This document shows, piece by piece, positions 22,859-35,190 of a stretch of DNA of 64,000 nt. The DNA lies in NCBI RefSeq assembly GCF_006345805.1, contig NC_042999.1:114266001-114330000 (forward strand), in the 5' to 3' direction. Both the position numbers and the translations under genes were made by a program. This DNA comes from Octopus sinensis (lineage: Eukaryota). How positions within the stretch are numbered: the first letter of the stretch is position 1; each line of letters begins with the position of its first letter. The notes under the pieces are model-generated. The model had not been told where the DNA came from, ran no database searches, and saw nothing but the letters and a program-made list of their open reading frames with translations.

Positions 22859-23279
22859 GACTACATTATCAAATCTGTCCTTTACTTTCTCCAAGGTAAG
22901 GTGTAATTTGGGGACTGCTAGTTTTAGCAGTCAAGCTACTATGTAGAAGCTTCCTCAGTGAAATGCAAAGTATGATATCTAGATCTAAAAGAGGTTGTCT
23001 TGCAGTGGTAACATAAATAAGTCTGGTGCTTGCTAATGATTTACAGATCTGGGTCTTGATACTATCATCTAGGCACATGGTGCCAATATTAGCAATACTG
23101 GCCACAGCAGGCACCACATCCTACTGCCATAGTGACACAGTTTAACCCATGCACAAGTGTATTGTTTACTCATGACTATATGTTAACTATGTCAGCATGT
23201 CATGACTAAATGGTGAGTTGAATATTGCAAATCTGGGGGCTCAGCAAGCTGTAAAAGCTTTATTCTGGTTGCTATATAT

Positions 23280-24190
23280 TTTTCCTACGGCGGTTTGCGG
23301 TTATTCTACCTTAAGCTTTCTCTTAGGTTATATTATTTATTTAGGCTTTTCTCTGGTAGTAAGGGAGAATATAATGATTCAACGTCACTTATACTCAAGT
23401 GTTATCATTATATCGAAAACCCTAACTACAGTTATAACGTCATAGAGACATATACGCATGGAACGTTACATCAACGACAATGTATGTTGAATATTTTAAT
23501 CGTGTCCTTTAAACCGCTATAAGAAACATAAAACAAAGATTACAGAAATGCATATTTATCTATGCTCAGTTGAAAAACAAACATGAAGAGAAACATATTC
23601 TTTTTACCTTATTTTTATTATATAAATATAACATTTTATATTTTTTTACAGTAAGAAAGATAACTGTCGTGGAGAAAAAAACGACTATAAATGCCTTAGC
23701 TAATTTCTTCTTTCTATCTAATACATTAACCAACAAATCAAAATAGATTTGTGGTTAACTCAGACATGGCATAAAATTTACCGATGCCTCCAAAACAGTG
23801 AGTGACGTGGAGTTATGTGACACCAACAAACACTGAAATATCTTCCAAAATCCAGGGTTTTTATAACTGCTCAACCTGACCAAAAGGAATCAAAATTCAG
23901 GACAAACATTCTTTTCGAAACTTCTAGAATCTTTATATGAGCAGTTATATTAACCAATGGGAAAAAAACGAAAATGCTAATTCTTCGGCAAAGACATTAC
24001 GTCATATTGCCAATTTGTGCCACATTTCAAAATGGCTAAAATGGTTATTGCTACAATATCGTGGAAGTTTCGGATTCTTATCCTGCGTGTGTGTGTATCA
24101 GCATTGCTTTTATGTGCATTTTTTCCATGCTGGCGTGGATTGGCTAAATTATTTAGGCAGCAGTCTATGGCCAGTCGTCTTTCCATAGTA
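23280..24190. promoter_or_regulatory. CpG-retaining, promoter-like island inside the 24-kb HAT1 intron
   Basis: Roughly two dozen CpGs in ~1 kb versus a few per kb in the flanks (counted by eye). CCAAT at 23954 and 24010, TTACGTCA at 23997, TGACGTGG at ~23804 and CAAAATGGC at 24028. No repeat was recognised in most of it. Confidence 0.45.
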
Positions 24191-26542
24191 ACTAATACTT
24201 ATTTTCAAGTGAAGTACTTTATACCATGTTGGTTTTCACAGGACAAAACCACCAAGCCATAGGACACATTAAGAGTGATTGCCACTGTTTTTTAATCAGA
24301 TGGCGATGATGTGAAATCAAGTGGTAACACATCACACTTACGTTAAGCTTCCATACAGTCCCTCACCAAGCATTGGTTACCACAAAGTGCCATGTGGTTG
24401 CAAAGCAAACTTCTTAACCATACAAACACACACACACAAATTTATGTTACACTGTTTATATTCATTTTCTATGCTTACATAAGGTGTGAGGGTCTTTTGA
24501 TGGGTGCCTCAACAGAACTTATTTATAATCAATCAAACTGGAGGTGACTTATGTGGTCAGTAAGCAAGCCTCTTAAACTTAGCCATTGGAGCCTCTGTAG
24601 AAAGCAGGTAAAGTTGACATCAACAGGATTTGAACCCAGATCAACTATACCTTTTTAAAGACACAACAGGGATGAAAAGGCAATGTTGCCTTCAACAGGG
24701 TCCAAGTTCAAATTCTACTAAGGCCAATTTTGCTTTTCATCTTTTTTGGGTACCAGTCACACACTGGGGTTCATAATTGGATAATCCCATCCCTTCAACA
24801 TTGTATGCATTGAGCCTTTTTTAGAGACAATTATTTATAGCTGAACTTAGCCAAATATTACTCTTAAAATAAGAAAAATATGCCATTTATAAAACACAAT
24901 AGTCTTCAGTCTTCAGTTGGCAGTGGATTTCAGCACTCAACAGCCAAACAGACACATGTAAAACACAAATGCCTATTTTTATTCAGTCATTACATTTTAT
25001 TGAAATATTATTCCAACACACAATGGCTTATTAGACAAGCTGCTGTACATGCAGCTATTATTATTAATTTTATTCATGAATACATGAATATATAATAGAT
25101 AGATGATTATATGGATAAATAAAACAATAAACAGATCGATAATTTCTACATGTGGGTATTGGAATCAGGGTATCAGCATGCAGTGTTGTAAACGTTTTAG
25201 AAAGTAAAAGGCAATTATGATAGGGCCAGAAAAACAGTGGGGAGGCAAATGTTTTGAAGAGGGTCTTCCAGCACATTCATCATATTTTATGAGACCATTC
25301 CCTTTATAGCTGTTTACTGTTACCAATGAATACCAATGGTCATTGTTTAGCTAATTTTTTTTCAATTACTTATTTTATTTAATTTTTTTTTTATAAATTC
25401 ATGTTTTGTTATTTCATTTTAAATTGCTTTATTGGATGTTTATGAATGAGATCAATTTCTAGAGAGTGGAAAGTGTGCCACAAACATAACAAGGAAACAT
25501 CCACTTTCATTAAGTTATTATACTAGACAGCATATGGGCTGTTGTTGTTGTTGGTGGTGGAGGTGGTAGTAGTGGTGGGCATCCCCCACCTATCTCCCCA
25601 CCCCATTCCCACTCGCAACATTTTTCAATCAATTTGCAATTATCAATAGCATGTGGGCCACCACTGCCACCACCATCACCACAAAAAGAAACAAAGGGAG
25701 AGGGAAAGAGAGTTACGAAGTAATACATACATTGCCACCATCCAACACCCACTCCCCACCCATGGCTTGAGACATATAGAACTGAACAGTCTGATCCTTT
25801 GTGATAAATTCAGAAAACCAGACTAGAGTAACCGAGACTAAGGACCACCTATCCCCTACTTCCTTGCTGCATCACAGGAGTGCACTTTCTGGTGAGGCAA
25901 AGAGCATAAAAACACAATTCACTACTAACAAACACATGCACTTTAGAAATGTCCAGGCTTAAATGAATCATGGACAAGTTTCCATTAGATTTCTCTTTGA
26001 ATGTTAAAATATCCAATAAGGCTATTTTCACAACAGAATAACAAATAATGATGATGATGATGAGGATAATAAAAGCTACATGCATCATATGCAAATGGAT
26101 ACAACACCGATGATGATGATGATGAGTGAAAGACTTATCGGGCTTGATCTGGTATATGAATAAACAGGATATAGAATAAATGAGACATTTTTCTGAAGGA
26201 GGAGTCAGAATGAGTCAGATCTAAATGAATGAATAAATGGTACACTGTTCTTACCACAAATTACCTTTGTTGTTGTTGCTACTGTAGTAAGTTTTATTAT
26301 CATTATTATTATTTGTAATTCCTGATCTGTGAGATACAGTAAGAGTTTTGGTTTTTTTTCTTCTTTCAATTAAAAATAGCTTAGAGAAATGTGTGTGTGT
26401 TGCATACACACAATTAACAGTGGAAGAACCAAAGTCATTGGTAACTATTTGAGTTTCATAGGGACACTTATTATACCAAAAAGTCACCTTTATTGAATAC
26501 TTTTTCCTTTCAATGGTAGAAGTCATATATATATATATATAT

Positions 26543-26600
26543 ATCATCATCATTATCATCATCGTTTAACGTCCGTTTTCCGCGCTAGCACGGGTTGGAC
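26543..26600 (-). mobile_element. ~55-bp extreme 3' fragment of the young RTE subfamily inside (TA)n
   Basis: catcatcatcgtttaacgtccgttttccgcgctagcacgggttggac carries the ccgcgctagcacggg variant of the full-length copy; older copies read ccatgctagcatggg. Confidence 0.85.
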
Positions 26601-26769
26601 ATATATATATATGGATATTTAGGGCTAAAAAAACACCAGGTGGATAGCCATATGCTATAAGAAGATCACATACGATCTAACTACAAAGAAAGAACGTTCT
26701 CCAGAGAAAATTCAGCGAACACCAGAACATAAATTAATATTCAATTTATCTCCCTCATTATTTAACTTT

Positions 26770-26819
<50 letters not shown>

Positions 26820-27579
26820 GTTTATGTGTGCGCACACACACACATATATATGATCAAACAGACCTCAAAGAAGCTGGTGTTGGTCTGCATTGGCAAGATT
26901 CATTGTCATCATCCTTTAAAGTCAGTTTTCCATGCTGGCAAGGGTTGGATGGTTCACTAGAGCTGGCACGCTGAGGAGCTGCACAAAGTTCTAGTCTGAT
27001 TTGGTTTGGTTTCTACAGCTTGATGCCCTTCCTAACACCAACCACTTTACACCGCATGAATGCTTTTAAGTGGCACCAGCATGAGTGCTTTTTGTGTGGC
27101 CCAAGCACATGACTCTTTCATGCCAATCCTCTTCACCAGGGCATGTAGCCATAACACTTCTGTTGTGGAGGATGGGTCTTCTTGAGTATAGCAAGGTGTC
27201 AGCTATCTCAGCCCTTTGTCATCTCATCTAAGCTTCAGTGTCCGGAGGTCATCCTTCTTTACTTCATCCCATGTCCTCCTAGGTCTCCCTCTTCCACATA
27301 TTTCTCCCTCTCAGTAAAATCATTAAAAAGAGTACAGTAAATTTGCTGTGATGGGGCGGAAAATCCAACATTTCGGACAATGTTGTTCTTAAGAGGAAGT
27401 TGAAAGGAGAGCAATAAATGCAAGACAGCAGAGTTTCAGATTCTCCAAGTTGCAGCCAGTATTTAGAAGATGTTAAATTCTGCTGTCTCTCATTTATTTC
27501 TCTCCATTCAATTTTCCCAAAAGAACTCTATCCAATTCATTGGATTTTTCACACCTCAATAAATTCATTGTAGAGACCT

Positions 27580-28110
27580 TTGGCGATATGCTGTGCTTGA
27601 GAAGACTCATCAAGTCAAGTGAAATCGTAGTTGTGGCTAAAGCAGGTGTCACATAACTGGCACTCATGCTGGTAGCATGTAAAAAGCAGCCGTTACACTC
27701 TTGGAGTGGTTAGCGTTAGGAAAGGCATCCAGCCATAAAGACCATGTCAAATCAGATTGGAACCTGGTGCAGCTCTCCAGTTTCAGTCAAACCGCCTAAC
27801 GCATGCCAGCATGGAAAGTGGACATTAAATGATGATGATCATTGTTTAACGGCTGCCTTCCATGCTGGCATGGGTGGGATGGTTTCACAAGAGCTAGCTA
27901 GGCCAAAGACTGCATCAGACTTCTTTGACTGTTTTGGTAGGATTGTTACAGCTGGATGCACCAACCACTCAGCAGGGTGGATTTAGTGCTTTTTACGTGG
28001 CACAACCACAGGCAAGGTTTTTACAGCTGGATGCTTTTCTGAACACCAACCAGTTTATAGTGTGGCCTGGGTGTTTTTAAGTGGCACTTGCACTGACATG
28101 GTCACCAAGT
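27580..28110. mobile_element. Two RTE 3' fragments joined tail-to-tail (+ copy to ~27838, - copy from ~27839)
   Basis: Junction ..catgccagcatggaaagtggacattaaatgatgatgatcattgtttaacggctgccttccatgctggcatggg.. Confidence 0.8.
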
Positions 28111-28451
28111 ACTTTAGGAGGTCTAAACATAATTCTAAGATTACCAAGGATTTTAGTAACTTTAATAATAATGACGTGATTGAAAACATAATGAGTGAAG
28201 ATGAAGTGGTTACAGAGAATGTCGATGAAGTTGTGACTGAGGCCATGTGACTGTGGCCATGCTGGAGCACCGCCTTTAGTCGAGCAAATCGACCCCAAGA
28301 CATTCTTTGTAAGTCCAGTACTTATTCTATCAGTCTCTTTTGCAGAACTGCTAAGTGACGGGGACGTAAACACACCAGCATCGGTTGTCAAGCAATGCTA
28401 GGGAGACAAACACAGACACACAAACACATACACACACATACATATATATTG

Positions 28452-29470
28452 TATTGGATGAAGGTATTGAGGAGAATGATGCTGGTTTAAGTTTGAGAAT
28501 GTAGAGGTTACTTAGCAATGTGGATAGAGGAATGATTGTGGACATCACTGATACAATTGAAAAACTTCTGCATGTTGAAGTAAATGGGTTCAAAGCAGTG
28601 GACTTGTCTACATAGGATGGAGTGTAGGTTTTGAACCAAACCATAAAAGAGGAAATGTAGTGAAAGAACGTTGGTGGAAAAGAAGGATAAAGCAATAAAT
28701 GAGCAGACTATGGAAACATATCAATATGCTAGAAAGGAAGAAAGGTGAAATCAGAAAGTAGGAGAAATATCAGGAACTAGAATGTATATATAAGATTGAG
28801 AAGAAGGGGTTAAATGTAATCCTTGAAGAGCTCAAAGAATGGAGGCTAAAGTCACAAAAATTAAGATATGATCAAAGAAATTGATCAATAGATTTTTCGG
28901 ATAGGATGCACTGAGGTATTGATATGCAGTGCTCAAGAACAAGCTCTGAGAACTAATTACACCAAGTTCCACCAGGTATCACTGAGAGTAATGAGTATAA
29001 GATCTTGTGGAATTTTTCAATCTGGTGTGATTCGGTAATTGATGCTGAGAGTCCAGACATTGTTGTAGTTGATAAAATGATGAAAGAAATGAAGATCACA
29101 GATATTGCCATATCTGGGGATGTATGAGTGAATGATAAAGAGCTGGAAAAAAATTGAAAAGTGCAAGCTACTAAAAGATGAGATTGTATGAATGTGGGCA
29201 ATGAAGAAAGTAACTGTCATTCCAGTAGGTGTAGGGGCATTAGGAGCATTAACAAGCAGGCTTGAGAAATTTTTATGAGAAATTGGGACAAGTGTGGAAC
29301 ATGCACAGAAAACTGCTTTATTTGGGACAGTGAAGATTTTGAGATTGGTACTTGGATGTTAAGTACCGTGGAAGAAGACTCTGCAAGACCCTTAACAACA
29401 GATCGCTGTCCATTCTTACAGAATTAGCCCCTCCCCAACAATTTCCCCTTCATGACTGAAATTGCCTTTA
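28452..29470 (+). mobile_element. Internally deleted, decayed R4/Dong-like non-LTR element (restriction-like endonuclease end)
   Basis: Conceptual KILW.F...D..I.A..PDIVVVDK....I.DIA..GD...K...K...L..EI..MW....VTVIP...GALG..QKTAL.GT..ILR at ~29000-29360. N-terminal WW.RRI..LEELK-like segment at 28660-28900. The RT region is absent. (TAA)-like tail near 29475. Confidence 0.75.
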
Positions 29471-29544
29471 ATGATAGTAATAATATCTGGCTGCATATAT
29501 GCATAGGAGAAATTAAGAGGATATATATGTGTGGTGTTATGATA

Positions 29545-29715
29545 GATCATTAGCTCCCACATGCATTTTTTTCTCTCCTTGTTTTTTTCTGTGTATCTTT
29601 CTGTCGAAGAGCGTAGGCTCGAAACGTAAAAGACTTTTTCTATTCCTGAGCACTATACTAATACATTTGTTTGTTTGTACTCCACCTGCCTTTGTCTTTT
29701 GTTTATTTTCGTAAA
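29545..29715 (+). mobile_element. Probable Penelope-like terminal remnant
   Basis: gaagagcgtaggctcgaaacgtaaaagac motif of the GAAG..CGAAAC type seen at PLE ends. No coding sequence. Confidence 0.45.
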
Positions 29716-29723
29716 CTTTCCCT

Positions 29724-30373
29724 TTATCATCATCATCATCATCATCATCATCACCATTTAGCGTCTGCTTTCCATGCTAGCATGGGTTGGAGGGTTCAAC
29801 TGGGGTCTGTGAAGCCAGAAGGCTGCATCAAGCCCAGTCTGATCTGGCAGTGTTTCTACGGCTGGATGCCCTTCCTAACGCCAACCACTCCGTGAGTGTA
29901 GTGGGTGCTTTTTACGTGCCAGCCGCACAGGTGCCAGACAGAGCTGGCAAACGGCCACAAACGGATGGTGCTTTTACATGCCACCGGCACGGGGGCCAGG
30001 CAAGGCTGGCAATGGACACGAGCGGATGGTGCTTTTTACGTGCCACCGGCACAAGGCCAGTCGGGGCGGCGCTGGCAACGGTCACAAATGGATGGTTCTC
30101 CTACGTGCCACCGGCACTGGTAACTCAGCTGCAATTTCCATTGATCGATTTCGATTCTGATCCTCACTTGCCTCAACAGGTCTTCACAAGTAGAGTTTTG
30201 TGTCCCAAGAAGGGAAGGTATGCATACGTAGGCTGGCTCCATCCCATGTAGAAGGCCACGGATTATGGTCTCACTTGTCCTGCCGGGTCTTCTCGCGCAC
30301 AGCATACTTCCAGAGGTCTTGGTCTCTAGTCATTTCTTCAGTGAGACCTAAAGTTCAAAGGTCGTGCTTCACC
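29724..30373 (-). mobile_element. RTE 3' fragment with long 3' UTR, abutting a compound (TA)/(TG) microsatellite (30374-30710)
   Basis: (CAT)n tail, ttccatgctagcatgggttgga.. UTR, and the ORF C-terminus (..KHDL.TLGLTEEMT) at 30300-30373. Confidence 0.88.
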
Positions 30374-30397
30374 ATATATATATATATATGTATATGT

Positions 30398-30454
<57 letters not shown>

Positions 30455-32295
30455 ATATATATATATGTATACGTGGGTGTATATGAGTACATATTTGTAT
30501 ATATGTCCTGTGGGTCTACATGTATGTATTTACATATATGTTACTGGGCATGTATGTGTGTGTGTACATATATATATACACACATGCACACATATGTATG
30601 ATTGTATCTGTAGATATGTATATATTGTCTTTGAGTATATATGTATTTATGTACATGTGTATAAATATGTGTGTGTGTACATGTGTGTATGTATATACAA
30701 TCTGTGCCAGTATGGAAAAATGAAAAATGGATGTCAATTGATGATAATGTATATATTGAGTAGGCAGAAGGGTGTCAAAGCAGGCACTGGATGCCTGAGG
30801 ACTCCACTCCTTGATTTGTTGTTAAGGCTGATTTCCTGGGCCTTTTCTTTCCCCAAAGCACTCACGAGGAAGTGAGGGTTTGTGCTTGGAGTTTCTTCCA
30901 TAACATCTGGAGAAACAGAACTAGGCACTTGACAGGTGCTACTACTTCTCTGGATCTGAGTAAACCTGAGAACAATAGTGGCTAAGAGAAGGTTTCACAT
31001 TCTTCAAAATCTTGCAACTCCTGAACCAGGGTCCCAGTACCGGATGAAGTTTGAAGTTATACTCAGGACACTGAGCCACAGTAGTTCGACTTCCATGTCT
31101 AAAGAGTGGGATCTGATTGCGCAGACTGACTCTCACTTTTGTCTGCACTAAGTGCAGACAAAACAGAAAAGACCTGCAGTGATGGAGAAGTGACGAAAAT
31201 GACATGTAGTCCTAGATAGTACTGGCAGTTGCAGCTTCAATTCCACCTTTAGGTGGTCTCTTTCTTCCACATGATATTCAGCCATCATAATCTGAATACC
31301 TATCTATCTATTGATTGCTTTATCAATAATGGTAAGCTAATGATTTCACATAGGTCAGTCACTGTGCAAACAGGTTTGGAGCAAGGGTTTATGGTTAAGG
31401 TTAAATAGCTGAAGGAGAAGTCAACAAACTGAATTTGTGAATTAATCTTCCAGAAGAATTTTTAATTAATAATCTTTAAACCTGAAGAAATTTTATAAAA
31501 AAATGAGAATACAGTTAAAAGTTAAGGGGAAAGACTACTTATTTTCTTAGCATACTTCCGTCTACATTTTTTAATTTACTCACTAACTTTTCATTTTAGG
31601 CTACTTTCTAATGCAATTAACTTTGAAAATTTTGTACAACTTCTTAAGAAATTGAAACAACAAGCAAAATTTCAAGTGTTCAGCATTATTTCCCTTCTGT
31701 TCTTTCAAGTTTTGTCATACATATCTAATGCATAATGAAGTCATGTGGTTGTATTTATTTTATTAAACACTGACAATGCTGGACACACACACACACCTGC
31801 TGGTGCCACATAAAATGCACCCAGTACATTGTGTAAAGTGGTTGGCATTAGGAAGGGCACCAAACAGCTATATGGCTTGCCAGTTCCTGTCAAGCAGATG
31901 TTAAATGATGTCTTCCAAGACATTGCAAGGTTACCGCTTTAACAGCTGAGTGGTCTGGAGCAATGTGAAATTAGGTGTTTTGCTCAAGAACACAACACAT
32001 TGCCAGTCTCAGAATTAAAATCACAATCTTACAATCATGAATGTAACAACCTAACCACTAGAGCACACTTCATTTTATTATGGCTTGGAGTGAGATTTAT
32101 TAAGAGGCAGAATCTTTGCAACCACATACACTTTCTGTTAGCAACTCTTGGCGGTTTTTTTAACTGAAGAATTTCTTTTTCTCTCACTAGTTTCCTAAAA
32201 TTCCATATGCAGAGGGGTAAACACCATATAGTTTCAAAGCAACACAGTCATATCTGTGACTCTCTGTGTGTGTGTGTCTGTCTGTCTGTCTGTAT

Positions 32296-32594
32296 CAGGG
32301 GTTTCCAACTGGGGTCCACAGAAGCTTTAAGGGGGTCCATGAGTAAACAAATTGTAATTTGTGGGTCCATATATAAATTTTGTTTACTAGGAGAGGTATC
32401 TGCATTTATTGAAATTTTCAAGAATTGTATTTGGAATTTATGGCATGAATATAATGAAATTGTTTCATTGTTAGTTTTTACTAACCTACAAACAAATATT
32501 TTATTTCAAAAATTTACATGTGCATATATGGGGTCTACAGATGATAAGAAAGCTTTCAGGGGGACCACAAGAAAAATAAGGTTGCGAACCCCTG
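32296..32594. mobile_element. hAT-type MITE
   Basis: TIRs caggggtttccaac ... gttgcgaacccctg. Confidence 0.75.
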
Positions 32595-33051
32595 CTCTCT
32601 ATATATATGTTAATAGTGCAGACATGGCTGTGTGGTAAAAAGTTTGCTTCCCAATCACATGGTTCTGGGTTCAGTCTCACTTTGTAGCACCTTAGGTGTC
32701 TACTAGTATAATCCTGTGTCGACCAATCATGCACAAATACATAAGCACAAAATGTTTTTTATAATGGTTCTGAATCAACCAAAGCCTTATGAGTGGATTT
32801 GGTAGACAAAAACTGAAGAAAGCCTGCCATATGTGTGTATGTGTATGTGTGCACATATTACTGTCTCCTTCCTTGATATAGCATAATAGTGTTGAGTGTA
32901 ACCATCATGGCATCCTTTGTTCACAATCTTTGATGAAAACATGTTTTAGTCATGGGAAAATAATACCTTGCTTGGAAATGGGTGAGGGTTGACAACAGGA
33001 AGGGCATCTAACTAGAAAATTTGCTTCTCACAAATTTCATTCAACATGCTG

Positions 33052-34048
33052 AAAGTGTAACTGCTAGAGTAAGAATAGCCTGGGAAAGGTTCAGAGAGCT
33101 CTTACCTCTGCTGGTGACAAAAGGCCTCTCGCTCAGAATAAAAGGCAGACTATATGATGCATGTGTATGAACAGCCATGCTACAGGGCAGTGAAACTTGG
33201 GCCGTGACTGCTGAGGATATGCGTAAGCTCGCAAGAAATGAAGCCAGTATGCTCCGATGGATGTGTAATGTCAGTGTTCATACTTGACAGAGTGTAAGTA
33301 CCTTGAGAGAAAAGTTGGACCTAAAAAGCATCAATTGTAGTGTGCAAGAGAGACGTTTGCACTGGTATGGTCATGTAGCGAGAATGGATGAAGATAGTTG
33401 TGTGAAAAAGTGCCACACCCTAGCAGTTGAGGGAACCTGTGGAAGAAGTAGACCCAGGAAAACCTGGGACGAGGTGGTGAAGCACGACCTTCGAACTTTA
33501 GGTCTCACCGAGGAAATGACCGAGACCTTTGGAAGTATACTGTGCGTGGGAAGACCCGGCAGGACAAGTGAGACCATAACCCGTGGCCTCTACTTGGGAT
33601 GTAGCCAACCCACTTACACAAACCTTTCCTTCTTGTGACACAAACCCTACTTGTGAAGACCTGTTGAGGCAAGTGAAAATCAAAATCAAAATCGAAATCG
33701 ATCAGCATCAATGGAAATTGTAGCTGTGATACCAGTGCCGGTGGCACATAAGAGAACCATCCGAACGTGGCCGTTACCAGCGCCACCCTGACTAGCCTCC
33801 GTGCCGGTGGCACGTATAAAGTACCATCCGATCGTGGCTGTTTGCCAGCCTCGTCTGGCACCTGTGCAGGTGGCACGTAAAATGCACCCACTACACTCAT
33901 GGAATGGTTGGCATTAGGAAGGGCATCCAGCTGTAGAAACACTGCCAGATCAGACTGGGCCTGGCGCAGCCTACAGGCTCCCCAGACCCCAGTTGAACCG
34001 TCCAACCCATGCTAGCATGGAAAACGGACGTTAAATGATGATGATGAT
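33052..34048 (+). mobile_element. RTE 3' fragment (ORF C-terminus + UTR + (GAT)n tail)
   Basis: ..RVRIAW.RFRELLPLL.TKGLSLR.KGRLYDAC..; ORF 33303-33638 (QERRLHWYGHV.RMDE..GRPRKTWDEVVKHDL). Confidence 0.9.
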
Positions 34049-34699
34049 ATGAGAGCATTGAAAAGTGGATGTTAAAAAAGCTAGTTGCTCAGACCTATGG
34101 TCTAAAGGAATTCCAATGCGACCATTTTGTATTTTAGTGTCTTTTCTTTATAATGACACATTGGATAGTGTGATATGAAAGAAATTTGATTGTTATTCCA
34201 AGCAGGACAAGTGAATATCCAGAGACTTTCCCCGCGATGGCTCATCTTGGTTCTTGTTTAGCTCCAGTTCGCTTCTGACTGAACAAACCTATGATGAAGT
34301 ACATTAAGAACAATAACCATCCTGTGTCTTTTTTTGTTTGCTTTATATTACAACCAAATTGTTTAATATCTTTTGATGTTAGGGTGTGACTTAAGGATGA
34401 TTTGGCTGCTATTTCCAATAAATTGAGTGCTCATTAAAAGATTTCCCTATACACAGGCTAAGTAATGATTTTTTTGACACACAAGGCTGAACACTGAGAC
34501 CATTTACTGTTGAGGTCATCCTATATGGGGTAAAGTATCAACAAGTAAATGATACTGATCTTAACATCTCCCAATTTCAGTCCCTTGCACCTACCTATCT
34601 TCTCCTATCTTGTACATATTTTCTCTCACACATAAGTTTACTCCTACTTTTAGAGACATATACAAATATTATATGGCAAAGCTATGTAGTCTAGTGATG

Positions 34700-35190
34700 A
34701 GGGTTTAGCACTCACAGAGTGTATAAGAGAGAAGGCTGTGCTGGTTTGGTCATGTGATGCGGATGGATGCTAACAGCTCCATAAAGAAGTGCCAATCTTT
34801 CAAAGTAGATGGAACATGTGCAAATAACAGACACAGGAAGACATGGGACGAAGTACTGAAAGATGATCTCAGGATGCTGAACCTTTGAGATGAGATGACA
34901 AAGGACCAAGATGAGATGCCTAACATCTTTCTGAACTCAAGAAGATCTGTGCTCTACAGGAGAAGTGTTAAGGCCACTCCCCCTGATGAAGAGGATTGGC
35001 CTGCAAGAGTCATGTGTTGGTGCCACATAAGAGCACCCAGCACACTCTGTGAAGTGAATGGTGTTAGGAATAGCATCCAGCCATAGGAACCATGCCAAAT
35101 CAGACTGGAGCTTGGTGCAGCTCTTCGACTTGCCAGCTTTGGTCAAACCGGCCACACCATGCCTGCACGGGCAATGGACATAATAAATGA
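34700..35190 (+). mobile_element. Old RTE 3' fragment
   Basis: Decayed R.RL.WFGHV.RMD..PRKTWDEVLK.DL followed by the family 3' UTR. Confidence 0.7.

Noticed and set aside
24017-24262. 81-aa ORF with a hydrophobic stretch as a complete small gene
   Set aside because: The 3' half overlaps a decayed RTE 3' end (ttttccatgctggcgtggattgg) and a (TG)n run. Only its start is kept, as part of the promoter hypothesis.
25514-25720. Gly/Pro/His-rich open frame on the + strand
   Set aside because: Generated by (GGT)n/(CCA)n simple repeats; no convincing splice pair or homology.
30465-30875. Ile/Tyr/Cys/Val-rich ORFs here and at 11712-12014, 19239-19547 and 20882-21241
   Set aside because: Translations of (TA)n/(TG)n microsatellites.
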